This document shows positions 1-7,901 of a stretch of DNA of 20,000 nt, in pieces. The stretch is from the IMG/VR virus record IMGVR_UViG_3300047323_000263; one strand, 5' to 3'. The translations under genes were made by a program, and so were the position numbers. The notes beneath the pieces were generated by a model. That model saw nothing but the letters and a program-made list of their open reading frames with translations. It ran no database searches and was not told the DNA's origin. Position 1 is the first letter of the stretch, and each line of letters opens with the position of its first letter. This DNA is from an uncultured virus (IMG/VR IMGVR_UViG_3300047323_000263). Lineage: Duplodnaviria > Heunggongvirae > Uroviricota > Caudoviricetes > Schitoviridae.

Positions 1-664
1 GGGTGATCAGGAAGCTGTGCTTCATGGTGGAGAACGGGATCGTCTCGACCTTGTGGCCGTTGAGCAGCACGTTCATCTCGCCGTTGCGGGCGATGCGCTC
101 GACCAGCTCCTTGAAGGTGCGCTGGTCCGACTGCGACTTGAGCTCGAGCGTCACCTTGATGCCGGTATCGGTCGAGGGGAACGTGGCGATCGGGATGATG
201 CCGGGCTTGCCCATCACCTGAGCGGCAGACTTGCTCATGTTGTAGATGGTCTTCTCGCCGCCATGCCCCGACTGCACTTCGAAGTGATCGGTGTAGGCGA
301 AAGGCGCCTTGCAGCCAAGCCCGAAGCCACCGGTCTGCGCACCGTCATGCTTCTTGGTACTGGCTCCATACGTGCCGTAGATCGGCCCGATCTTGTCGCG
401 GGGAATGCCGAGGCCGAAGTCCTCGACGCTGAATTTCTCGGTGGTGAGGCTGACGATGACCGGGCGGTCAGTGCAGCCGGCCTCCACATGGGCGTCCCAG
501 GCGTTGCACAGCACTTCACGGACAACCGCGAGCTTCTGGTCCTTGTAGAGCGTGGACGAGAGAATGTTGAAGAACTCGGCGCTCGAGCTGATGCCGAAGT
601 CGATGGTTTCCGCTCCGCCAATGACAGCGTGCGTGACGTGATCTGCAACGTGAGTGACTTGCAT
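1..664 (-). CDS. rIIA: rIIA-like protein with N-terminal GHKL ATPase domain (5' part only, runs off the window)
   Basis: Not in the ORF track because no stop lies in the window. Manual translation from ATG 664 gives MQVTHVADHVTHAVIGG...ILSSTLYKDQKLAVVREVLCNAWDAH...DFGLGIP...TGGFGLGCK, which are GHKL motifs typical of N4/T4 rIIA. Confidence 0.88.
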   Translation of the reverse strand, partial: MQVTHVADHVTHAVIGGAETIDFGISSSAEFFNILSSTLYKDQKLAVVREVLCNAWDAHVEAGCTDRPVIVSLTTEKFSVEDFGLGIPRDKIGPIYGTYGASTKKHDGAQTGGFGLGCKAPFAYTDHFEVQSGHGGEKTIYNMSKSAAQVMGKPGIIPIATFPSTDTGIKVTLELKSQSDQRTFKELVERIARNGEMNVLLNGHKVETIPFSTMKHSFLIT

Positions 665-666
665 GG

Positions 667-972
667 TCAGTTCTTTTTGAGTGGTGTGAATGTGAATTTG
701 GCCGCCTCTTGTTTGAGGTGGTCCTTGTAATCGCCGTCGACGATCCAGCTGTCACCCCAGGCCACGGTGCCGCCCTTTTCTTGGGCTTGGCGTGGGGCCT
801 GGATGTAATGCGGGAACGGCAACGCATTGCCTTCGATGGGCAAGAGACACAGGCCGTGAATGGCCAGCGACAGGATGAAGTCGTTGTTCCACGCGGCTGC
901 GTTGTCAGACACCCAGGAGGTCTTGTTGAGCACATCGCCAACAACCTCCCGGTACTTCTGTTCGGAAAGCAT
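667..972 (-). CDS. hypothetical phage protein
   Basis: 101 aa ORF with AAGGAG SD, ending 2 nt before the rIIA start. Confidence 0.75.
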   Translation of the reverse strand: MLSEQKYREVVGDVLNKTSWVSDNAAAWNNDFILSLAIHGLCLLPIEGNALPFPHYIQAPRQAQEKGGTVAWGDSWIVDGDYKDHLKQEAAKFTFTPLKKN

Positions 973-998
973 GGGTTTCTCCTTTATTAGAAGTCTCT

Positions 999-1016
999 CC
1001 TCAAAGAAATCTCTAA
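999..1016. promoter_or_regulatory. conserved 18-bp motif copy A (CCTCAAA-GAAATC-TCTAA)
   Basis: Exact match to CCTCAAA-N6-TCTAA; intergenic, just downstream of a terminator. Confidence 0.7.
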
Positions 1017-1024
1017 TAAGGGGG

Positions 1025-1054
1025 AAAAAAGAGGGGTGATCCGTAGATCACCCC
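1025..1054 (-). terminator. Rho-independent terminator after thyX
   Basis: Minus strand reads GGGGTGATC-TACG-GATCACCCC-TC-TTTTTT: 9-bp stem, cUACGg tetraloop, U tract. Confidence 0.9.
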
Positions 1055-1108
1055 AGAAGAAAGCACGTCTTTATGGAGGAGCTACCCCCAAACAAACCTG
1101 CTCACATC

Positions 1109-1126
1109 CCACAAACTTAATTCTAA
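1109..1126. promoter_or_regulatory. conserved 18-bp motif copy B (CCACAAA-CTTAAT-TCTAA, 1 mismatch)
   Basis: 11 of 12 fixed positions match; overlaps the thyX stop codon. Confidence 0.5.
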
Positions 1127-2034
1127 CCGGCGACGAATTCGCGCGGCAACATCTTTCGGTACTGGCACCAGCCAGTGAGGTTTCCGTGCAACTCCGGCGA
1201 CGTGTAGCCAAGGCTCGGCTCGGCCGCCGAAATGAGCATGTCAGGACACGCCTGGTGCTCGGCGGGCGAAGCGTGCAGCGGCTCGGCCACCACCAGCTTG
1301 TTGTGCAGGTCCACGTCCTCGCCGGCGACAGTCTTGCGGCCGTCGTGGGTGAGGTACGAGGTGCGGGCACAGCGAGCGGTGCTGACCTTGCGCAGGACGT
1401 TGTTGATCTCGTCCCGGCTCGGCATGTCTCGGGTGATCCGGCCTTCCTGGCAGTAGCGCTGCGCCTGCACGAAGGTTTCGGAGTCGTCGGCATACGGCAG
1501 GTGCCATTCGCCGGGGCCGAGCAGCTTCGGTGTGGAGAGCTGCATGGCGTGCTCCATGATCTGCGCCAGTTCCTGAATCTCGGGTTGAGCGTCCGGATGG
1601 CAGCGCAGAGCGAAGAAGTTCGCCCACTGAGTGGAGGTGACCACCACGTTGATGTGGGACCACGGCTCCAGCAGCCGATTGGCCACTTGTTTGTGAAGGC
1701 CGATCTCGATCAGCGCTTCGACTTCCGCGATCACCTTGTCCATTGCATCGAGCCAATGGCAGGAAGCAAGGAGTCGGGCTTCGGGGTTCAATTCTTCACG
1801 CGCCTGCATGCCGGGCTGGTTTGCGCCCCAGTGAACAGGAATCGCCGGATCCTTCTTGATGTCGTCGATGATCTTCGCTACCGGAATAGCGCGGCTCGAT
1901 GACGCATTGCGAGAAAAGACACGGTGAGTCATGAACTCAGCATGGATGAAACGCGGGTAACGGAGTTGCAGTGTAGTAAGCCGCTGGCCAGCGGAACTGA
2001 TACTGTCTGCAATCATTTTTACTGTTATGGTCAC
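1123..2034 (-). CDS. thyX: flavin-dependent thymidylate synthase ThyX (phage type)
   Basis: THRVFSRNASSSRAIP matches the RHRxxSxxxxSxR signature; also HKQVANRLLEP and HASPAEHQA motifs. Confidence 0.92.
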   Translation of the reverse strand: MTITVKMIADSISSAGQRLTTLQLRYPRFIHAEFMTHRVFSRNASSSRAIPVAKIIDDIKKDPAIPVHWGANQPGMQAREELNPEARLLASCHWLDAMDKVIAEVEALIEIGLHKQVANRLLEPWSHINVVVTSTQWANFFALRCHPDAQPEIQELAQIMEHAMQLSTPKLLGPGEWHLPYADDSETFVQAQRYCQEGRITRDMPSRDEINNVLRKVSTARCARTSYLTHDGRKTVAGEDVDLHNKLVVAEPLHASPAEHQACPDMLISAAEPSLGYTSPELHGNLTGWCQYRKMLPREFVAG

Positions 2035-2035
2035 T

Positions 2036-2518
2036 TTACTGCTCCTTCACTTTCTCGATCATTAGCCGGAGATTGGTCATCGTGAAGCTGAACCCGCCAA
2101 TGATTCCCTGCACCTGCTTGTACATCTCAAGGAGCTGCCGCCTCGTAGTTACGGCTTGTAGATCATCGGTCAGGTTCAACCCTTCTTTCAGGTTGGTCAG
2201 TTCGTCACCGTTGCAACCGAACTTGCCTAGCCTTTCATACCGCTCACCCACAGCAATGAGACTGTTGAGCGAAGCCAGAAACACCTCGTTGAGAGGCTTC
2301 TGATCTTCGTCATCAGCGAAGGCTGTGAGCGAGCAACCGACCGCAACTCGGAAAGCTACGGTCAGGAATTCGTCTTCCATGCCTCGACCATCCACTAACG
2401 CCTGAAGGTGAGCGTGTGGGACGATCATTAAGGTCACTTGATGCGCTTGCGGACGCCGAAAGAGCAACGGCGCTTTCACGACAGGTTTGCGTGAATGGAA
2501 AAACTGAGGACGGGCCAC
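2036..2518 (-). CDS. hypothetical phage protein
   Basis: 160 aa ORF (GTG start) tightly packed between neighbours. Confidence 0.75.
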   Translation of the reverse strand: MARPQFFHSRKPVVKAPLLFRRPQAHQVTLMIVPHAHLQALVDGRGMEDEFLTVAFRVAVGCSLTAFADDEDQKPLNEVFLASLNSLIAVGERYERLGKFGCNGDELTNLKEGLNLTDDLQAVTTRRQLLEMYKQVQGIIGGFSFTMTNLRLMIEKVKEQ

Positions 2519-2519
2519 T

Positions 2520-2831
2520 TCAATTACTCTTCAATTCGCTGATGAGGTTCTGGGCGAACTGGAGTGCCCAGTCCGGGGGTGATGCAGACAGAGCGCCACA
2601 GTCGCGCCATGCCTTTCCGATCTTGTGGGCTAGAGCGCCGTGGACCGGTAGTTGCGTTCTGAGGTTGCAGCGAATGCACTCGCGGCCGATCACGCTATCG
2701 CCATAGAAGATATCGACCCACTCATGCTCATGCGGTCCAAGCGCCTTTTCGAGCAGCTGCCAGTCCTCGAGCGAGATATTGCGGGCCGCGGCCTTGATGC
2801 GCTGGAGAGCGTCGAACAGCTCACGGGTCAT
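2520..2831 (-). CDS. hypothetical protein with HEHEW...CxxC motif
   Basis: 3' part of the 2520..3239 ORF; ATG at 2831 overlaps the upstream stop (ATGA). Confidence 0.7.
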   Translation of the reverse strand: MTRELFDALQRIKAAARNISLEDWQLLEKALGPHEHEWVDIFYGDSVIGRECIRCNLRTQLPVHGALAHKIGKAWRDCGALSASPPDWALQFAQNLISELKSN

Positions 2832-3037
2832 GGGCATGTCGGCTCCGGAACGCCGAAGTCGTGTTGTTCCCACGGCTGCTTGCACTTCAGGCAGCGGCCC
2901 TCGAGCTCGACCAGATCTTTCTCGCACTGCTGGTAGATCTGCTCGGCCTTCTGCTTGTCGCCGTCTTCCAGTGCCTGGTAGAGCTGCGATCCGGGAGCCA
3001 CTTTCACGTCCCGGTACGTCTTGCAGTTGCGGTGCAT
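2828..3037 (-). CDS. small hypothetical protein with a CxxC motif
   Basis: 69 aa, translationally coupled on both sides. Confidence 0.7.
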   Translation of the reverse strand: MHRNCKTYRDVKVAPGSQLYQALEDGDKQKAEQIYQQCEKDLVELEGRCLKCKQPWEQHDFGVPEPTCP

Positions 3038-3546
3038 CAGAACCTCCGGTTCTTGTGATAGAACGGCAGCTTGGCCTTGGCCTGCTCCGTCTTGCGGTTA
3101 GCCAGCTTCCCGTTCTTTGCCCTTGGCTCCTCGGGCTCGACCGCCAGCGGCGACTCGATGAAGCGGAACCGATCGATGTGGCCGATCTCCAGCTTCTCCA
3201 ACGGCGGGCCGTTGTAGAGATCGTCGATCCAGACCACATCGAAGATGTCGCCCCGCTTCACGCCGGCGACGATCGTGGTAAGTTCGCCGTAAGCGCCGAT
3301 GTCGATACCCATCAGCACGGCGGGGAGCTTGCCGCTCGGACGGACCATGCTGGCGAGGATCCGCTTCTCGAGCGCGGAAAAGTCCACGTCACCGAGCACA
3401 TCGAAGATGCTCTGCTCGAGCGGATCGTGGAAGATGTGCGGCGAGTAGAGCGCTGCCAGCTCCTTGAGCGACAGCTTCTTGGTCGCCGCCGGCGCGTTCA
3501 GCAGCTTCTTCATGAAGTCGTCGAACTTCGGGTCATGCGTCGTCAC
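3037..3546 (-). CDS. hypothetical phage protein
   Basis: 169 aa ORF coupled to neighbours, with basic C-terminus LPFYHKNRRF. Confidence 0.75.
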   Translation of the reverse strand: MTTHDPKFDDFMKKLLNAPAATKKLSLKELAALYSPHIFHDPLEQSIFDVLGDVDFSALEKRILASMVRPSGKLPAVLMGIDIGAYGELTTIVAGVKRGDIFDVVWIDDLYNGPPLEKLEIGHIDRFRFIESPLAVEPEEPRAKNGKLANRKTEQAKAKLPFYHKNRRF

Positions 3547-3928
3547 TTTCTGCCTCCCGTTCCAGCTGTTCGTTGACGTGTGCGGCTTCCGATTCCTTCA
3601 GCTCACGGATGTACGACCATTCGGTCACGACTTCGAGCTCGGCGCTCCAGTCATCCATCGACTGATAGCTCGTCACCTTGTAGGTGCCGGCCAGGAGAAC
3701 CAGAAGGTAGGAATCGACGAGCAGCTCCTTGAACCCTTCCCAGTCGCGCACGAGATCGAACATGGCGTTCTTGATCTCGTCGTTGTCGTCGTCCTCGAAG
3801 GACCAGTCAACGCGCTCGTTGTCGGCCCCATAAAACATGACTTCAAAGCCGCTTTCCTGCTCGCCCTCGCCTTCCCCCAACCAGTGGAGGCAGGCATGAG
3901 CGGTGAATTTGTCTGCGGAGTAGCCCAT
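3533..3928 (-). CDS. acidic hypothetical protein
   Basis: 131 aa, very D/E-rich, GAGGAAG SD. Confidence 0.75.
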   Translation of the reverse strand: MGYSADKFTAHACLHWLGEGEGEQESGFEVMFYGADNERVDWSFEDDDNDEIKNAMFDLVRDWEGFKELLVDSYLLVLLAGTYKVTSYQSMDDWSAELEVVTEWSYIRELKESEAAHVNEQLEREAESDDA

Positions 3929-3942
3929 CTCTTCCTCTTGGC

Positions 3943-4131
3943 TCAGTAGTGCCCGCGTGCGAGGCGCACTTCGGACACCGGGTAGGTGTTGCCCATCGCA
4001 AGCGGCTGCTCGGGATGGTGTTCGATGGTGATCACCAGCCCGTACTCATGGGCCACCCTGACCAGGCGCTTCATCTCTTGCTGAAGAGAGCGCATCACCA
4101 CTTCGCGTTCGGCTTGTGCGATGGTGCTCAT
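3943..4131 (-). CDS. small hypothetical phage protein
   Basis: 62 aa, ATGA overlap with the upstream gene. Confidence 0.7.
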   Translation of the reverse strand: MSTIAQAEREVVMRSLQQEMKRLVRVAHEYGLVITIEHHPEQPLAMGNTYPVSEVRLARGHY

Positions 4132-4271
4132 GCGTCCGCCTTGTGGGCGATGGCTTCACGGATGGCCTTCACGCGATGCAGGTAGGCCGCTTCGCTGTAG
4201 TGAACGCCCTGCACCATGCCGTGCGTGCGCAGCCACTCTTCGATCTCGTCCAACAGTTGTTCTTGGTCCAT
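4128..4271 (-). CDS. small hypothetical protein (MDQEQLLDEIEEW...)
   Basis: 47 aa from ATG 4271 with GAGGAG SD. The longer predicted start crosses a terminator. Confidence 0.65.
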   Translation of the reverse strand: MDQEQLLDEIEEWLRTHGMVQGVHYSEAAYLHRVKAIREAIAHKADA

Positions 4272-4295
4272 ATCAACTCCTCTCGTATACAAGTG

Positions 4296-4330
4296 AAAAA
4301 GGGCGAAGACCTTGCGATCTCCGCCCTTTA
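4296..4330 (-). terminator. Rho-independent terminator
   Basis: Minus strand reads GGGCGGAGATC-GCAA-GGTCTTCGCCC-TTTTT: 11-bp stem with GU pairs and a GNRA loop. Confidence 0.88.
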
Positions 4331-4334
4331 GGTA

Positions 4335-4382
4335 ATGAGCATCTGGCAGGACTCTGACGAGAAAGCCCTGCCAACTGCTCAT
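4335..4382 (-). other. long RNA hairpin in a 3' UTR
   Basis: ATGAGCA-GT-TGGCAGGGCTTT-CTCGTC-AGAGTCCTGCCA-GA-TGCTCAT: 19 bp (2 GU) with a 2x2 internal loop. Confidence 0.7.
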
Positions 4383-4406
4383 GTGCAATTAATGGTTCAG
4401 GTTTCC

Positions 4407-4553
4407 CTAGCCATACCCATCTTGTCGTTCAGCCGGCCTCTCCCGAGGTTGGGCTTGAGGATGAACAACTCGACGTAACCGACCCATTGCACGAGGCCAG
4501 TGTTCCTTTAGAAGGAAGTAGGCCAGGATGAGCATCAACAGAGTGATGTACAT
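4407..4553 (-). CDS. 48-aa single-TM membrane peptide (MYITLLMLILAYFLLKEHWPRAMGRLRR...)
   Basis: Manual ORF below the track cutoff; GAGG SD, hydrophobic N-terminus and charged tail, with its own promoter and terminator. Confidence 0.65.
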   Translation of the reverse strand: MYITLLMLILAYFLLKEHWPRAMGRLRRVVHPQAQPRERPAERQDGYG

Positions 4554-4562
4554 CTTGGTTTC

Positions 4563-4580
4563 CCTCAAAGTTATGTCTAA
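4563..4580. promoter_or_regulatory. conserved 18-bp motif copy C (CCTCAAA-GTTATG-TCTAA)
   Basis: Exact match; covers the predicted +1 of a sigma70 promoter and the SD of the small ORF. Confidence 0.72.
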
Positions 4581-4581
4581 C

Positions 4582-4610
4582 AATGTACGTTAGAACACAC
4601 TGGCTGTCAA
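4582..4610 (-). promoter_or_regulatory. sigma70-type promoter
   Basis: TTGACA-17 bp-TACATT; the -10 is flanked by the inverted repeat TCTAAC/GTTAGA (4576-4594). Confidence 0.75.
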
Positions 4611-4647
4611 TGGTCTGACTAGGGCATGACCCCCAAAAAACCACGAA

Positions 4648-4845
4648 TCACGGGGTGTTGAGATTGATGAACTGGCGCACGAGCACGTCCAGCTGATCCG
4701 TGTCGATCTGATTCCCACAGCTGGCTCGAAAGGCCAGCAGGGTGGACTCGAGCGCGTTGTAGCAGTCGCCGCACATGAACCTGTAGCGCTTCTCGTCGAC
4801 TAGCGCCCAGGCGTTTGGCTTGCCGCACTCTTTACACGGACGCAA
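4648..4845 (-). CDS. small Zn-finger-like protein (CKEC...CGDC)
   Basis: 3' part of ORF 4648..4965; probable TTG start overlapping the dcd end. Confidence 0.6.
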   Translation of the reverse strand: MRPCKECGKPNAWALVDEKRYRFMCGDCYNALESTLLAFRASCGNQIDTDQLDVLVRQFINLNTP

Positions 4846-5356
4846 TCGCTTCCACCGGTCGGTTGGCCTGATTCTGGTACTTGCCGGCGTAGTAGCGGCG
4901 CTCACTCGTCTGGTGGAAGACGACTTGCGCAATGGCAGCTCCGGCCGGGATGACCAGGCCGTCATTGCCGTGATAGACGAGCTCGAGCGTGAGGAAGCCC
5001 TTCCATCCCGGTTCGATCACCGTGTTGAAGACCGAGAGTCCTTGCCGCGCCCAGGTGCTCTTGTCGTGAACGATGCCGGTGAGGTTGCCCGGCATGTCGA
5101 ACTCCTCGATGGCCGAGGCAATCGTGAAGCGGCCCATCTTCTTGTGATAGGCCACGACCTTGCCGCCTGCATCGCGCTCGGTGGAGAGCACGTGATGACG
5201 GATGTGGTCGGTTGAGCAGAACTGGATCTCCTGCTTGATGCGAATGTCGTAGCCAGTTTCCCCGAGCCCGGAGGTGACGCCGTGCTCATGGACCTTGCCT
5301 TCCAACATGTTCTTGATCGGCGCTGCGATGAGCAGGTCCGTACCGTTGATGACCAT
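4832..5356 (-). CDS. dcd: dCTP deaminase (N4 gp26-like)
   Basis: GYDIR, DKSTWARQG and NTVIEPGWKGFLTLEL motifs, C-terminal YAGKYQNQ. Confidence 0.92.
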   Translation of the reverse strand: MVINGTDLLIAAPIKNMLEGKVHEHGVTSGLGETGYDIRIKQEIQFCSTDHIRHHVLSTERDAGGKVVAYHKKMGRFTIASAIEEFDMPGNLTGIVHDKSTWARQGLSVFNTVIEPGWKGFLTLELVYHGNDGLVIPAGAAIAQVVFHQTSERRYYAGKYQNQANRPVEAIASV

Positions 5357-5359
5357 CTT

Positions 5360-6508
5360 CTATTCCCTGATGTGAATCACTTCGCCGTAGGCCGGCACAT
5401 GGCCACCGTTGCCGGTAACAATCCAGATGATCGGAATGTCGATGCCGAGGGGTTCCATCGGCCGACACTGCATATCGGAGAAGATGATAGCAGCGGTCGG
5501 CTTCTCCTCCAATATATCTCTACGGACACAATCGAGGCGGGTGCCTCCGCGGCCCTTGATCTCGATCTTCTCGAACGGGTCGTCCTCTGTCCATACGTCT
5601 CGGCGCTGGATCATGGTGTCGAACTGCACCACCGTGATCTTGCCCGGATTGAACTGTTCTTTCACAAACTTGAGTTCAGATCCGAAGCGCAGAATGTCGT
5701 GGCTGGTGATCGAGCCCGACACGTCGAGGTAGTAGGCGAGGTTCTCCAGCCGGCCGCCTTCGAGGAAGCGGCTGGGCAGGTAGATGTCCTGGAAGCGGCG
5801 GTTCGGCCGTGCCCACGTGTAGTCCTCGTCGATGTGCTGGGTGAACCAGCGCTGCAACAGGATCTGCCACTTGATGACCGGCGCCAGGAACTTGTCGAGG
5901 ATCTCTTCGATGTTGCCCGGCACGTTGCCCGCTCCGCTCATCTTCGCCTGGTGAACGGCGGTGACGACGGTGTTGACCACCTGCGTCTTCTCTTCCGCTG
6001 TCATCGGCACGAGATCGCCGCCGCCTTCTCCGAACGAGTTGAACGGCATCTGCATCATCTTCGGCTGCGCCTGGATGGCCGCGTAGATCTCTTCCTCGGC
6101 CATGCTGCGGTACTGATCGTCCACGCACAGCTCGAAGCCCACGTCGAGGTTGTAGCCCTCGTCCTTGAGCAGCAGGTTGATGTTGTGGTCGCAGGCCTTG
6201 TTCCAGTCCTCCGGATCGAAGTTGGTGCCGCGCAGCATGTGCAGCTTGGCCACGTGCCAGAGCTCGTGCATCAGCACGAACTGGTTGGCGGTGCGGCTCA
6301 CGCGCAGGAAGAAGTGCGGATTCCAGTACAGACGGATGCCGTCGGTGCCGGCCGTGCCGATCTGCTCGCTCCAGATGAACTCGAGCGAACACATGATGGA
6401 GCCAAGGAAGGCAGCAGTCTTGCCGAGGAATACGGCCGACTTCACCTTGTCCAGCTCCCGGTTGAGCGCCGGGTAGTCCAGCGCCTCATTGGTGGTCGGC
6501 GCGAGCAT
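5360..6508 (-). CDS. metallopeptidase-like plus vWA domain protein (N4 gp25-like)
   Basis: TAGTDG, HELWH (HExxH), WNKACDHNIN, MIDAS-like DVSGS, GRGGT, FSD. Confidence 0.88.
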   Translation of the reverse strand: MLAPTTNEALDYPALNRELDKVKSAVFLGKTAAFLGSIMCSLEFIWSEQIGTAGTDGIRLYWNPHFFLRVSRTANQFVLMHELWHVAKLHMLRGTNFDPEDWNKACDHNINLLLKDEGYNLDVGFELCVDDQYRSMAEEEIYAAIQAQPKMMQMPFNSFGEGGGDLVPMTAEEKTQVVNTVVTAVHQAKMSGAGNVPGNIEEILDKFLAPVIKWQILLQRWFTQHIDEDYTWARPNRRFQDIYLPSRFLEGGRLENLAYYLDVSGSITSHDILRFGSELKFVKEQFNPGKITVVQFDTMIQRRDVWTEDDPFEKIEIKGRGGTRLDCVRRDILEEKPTAAIIFSDMQCRPMEPLGIDIPIIWIVTGNGGHVPAYGEVIHIRE

Positions 6509-6726
6509 TACGCCTCCTGCTCTTCGAGCACGACGGTGCGGCCTTCGCCCAGCTCGTGCAGGTTGACGGCGACCAGGCCCTGCTCCTTCTTCTTGGGCTT
6601 GAAGTGCTCGACGGCACGCTGCTTGGCTTCATACAGCGAGCGTGCATAGACGACCACACCGGCGCCCTTGAAGTGGGCGATGTAGGTGTGATCGATCGGA
6701 CCTTTCTTGTTGATGAACGTGGTCAT
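6508..6726 (-). CDS. small hypothetical phage protein
   Basis: 72 aa, TAATG coupling to the vWA gene. Confidence 0.7.
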   Translation of the reverse strand: MTTFINKKGPIDHTYIAHFKGAGVVVYARSLYEAKQRAVEHFKPKKKEQGLVAVNLHELGEGRTVVLEEQEA

Positions 6727-6815
6727 TTCTTCTCTTGGTTCGAAGATTGAGGAACAGGCGTGCAGATGCGGACCCAGACTCCAAAGAGGAGCTGGGCGTA
6801 AGTCAGGAAGAACAT
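6723..6815 (-). CDS. 30-aa hydrophobic peptide (MFFLTYAQLLFGVWVRIC...)
   Basis: Manual ORF that fills the gap, with ATGA overlap to the next gene. Confidence 0.45.
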   Translation of the reverse strand: MFFLTYAQLLFGVWVRICTPVPQSSNQEKK

Positions 6816-6819
6816 GGAT

Positions 6820-7893
6820 TTACTCGCGCAGGTATTGAGCGAGGCTCGACATCGAACGGGCAAAGCTCGGGTGTTGACGCAGATGCGGCTGGCGAGCCAT
6901 CACTGAGCGGAAGAACAGGATGCGGAACGACAGGTCGAAGCGGTTTGCGTAGGTGCAAAGCGCATCGAAGTTGAGGTCGTTGACGTTCTCCATCAGGTGA
7001 GCGATGGTTGCCCACTTGGTCGACGGGTCCGTCGGCACCGGCGTGTTCTCCGGGCTGCGGACAACCTGATCGATCTTCACCAGATTCTGGAAGACCTTCA
7101 CGTAGGTGACGAACTCGGTCGCAATGCCCGAGGTGATCGTGCCCGTGAAGATCGGCGTCTTCGACATGAGGTCGTGGCCAGCGTAGTTCGGCAGCTGGAG
7201 CAGACTGTTCATGAACTCCCAGGTGCGCGGCGAGCAGAACGTCTTCTCGTTGTGATCCGGGCGGAAGTCCATCAGCTTGCTCGGATACTGCGAGAGGAAC
7301 GAGACAATGCGGCTGTCCCAGTTTTGCTTGAGCGCCACGTCGTAGAGCCACTCTTCGAAGTTGACTTCGAGCTCGAGGTGGATCATGCGCGACTGCATCG
7401 CCGTCGACAGCTGGTTGACGATCGCCCGGTCGGTGGCCAGATTGCCGGCCGCCGAGATCACGCAGTTCTCGTGCAGCTTGTGCTGTCCGACCATTCGATC
7501 GAGCACGAGCTTGTAGGCGGCAGCTTGCGTGGCCTTCGCACCCGAGTTGAACTCGTCGAGGAACAACATCCAGCCCTGATGGGTCTGGTCGCCATTCTTG
7601 TCACGCGGCAGCGGCGTGTTCTCGAGCGGGAACAGGTCAGCGAACGGCGCGAAGCGGGCAAAGCCGTTCTCGTCGAAGCGGGGCAATCCGGAGAGATCCT
7701 CGGGGGCCGAGGTGGAGAGGCGGTGGTCGATGACCTTCAGATCGAGATCGTCAGCCACCAGCTTCATGATGCTGGACTTGCCGACGCCCGGTGAGGCGGT
7801 CACGAAGGGGACCAGGCCTGCGTACAGTGCGTCGGTGATGAAACCGCGGAGTTGGCGAGGGGAGCAGCGATATGCGTCGAGAATGTTGGACAT
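6820..7893 (-). CDS. MoxR-like AAA+ ATPase (N4 gp24-like)
   Basis: Walker A SPGVGKS, Walker B LFLDE, AAGN sensor, SPRTW motif. Confidence 0.9.
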   Translation of the reverse strand: MSNILDAYRCSPRQLRGFITDALYAGLVPFVTASPGVGKSSIMKLVADDLDLKVIDHRLSTSAPEDLSGLPRFDENGFARFAPFADLFPLENTPLPRDKNGDQTHQGWMLFLDEFNSGAKATQAAAYKLVLDRMVGQHKLHENCVISAAGNLATDRAIVNQLSTAMQSRMIHLELEVNFEEWLYDVALKQNWDSRIVSFLSQYPSKLMDFRPDHNEKTFCSPRTWEFMNSLLQLPNYAGHDLMSKTPIFTGTITSGIATEFVTYVKVFQNLVKIDQVVRSPENTPVPTDPSTKWATIAHLMENVNDLNFDALCTYANRFDLSFRILFFRSVMARQPHLRQHPSFARSMSSLAQYLRE

Positions 7894-7901
7894 TTATGGG
7901 T

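Noticed and set aside
999..1016. 18-bp motif considered as a tyrosine-recombinase or dif-like site because of the 6-bp spacer
   Set aside because: Spacers differ between copies, whereas recombination needs matching spacers; the arms do not match XerC/XerD consensus and no recombinase is in the window.
5282..6649. 455-aa plus-strand ORF
   Set aside because: Antisense shadow of the vWA-metallopeptidase gene, expected from high GC3 codon bias; no recognisable motifs.
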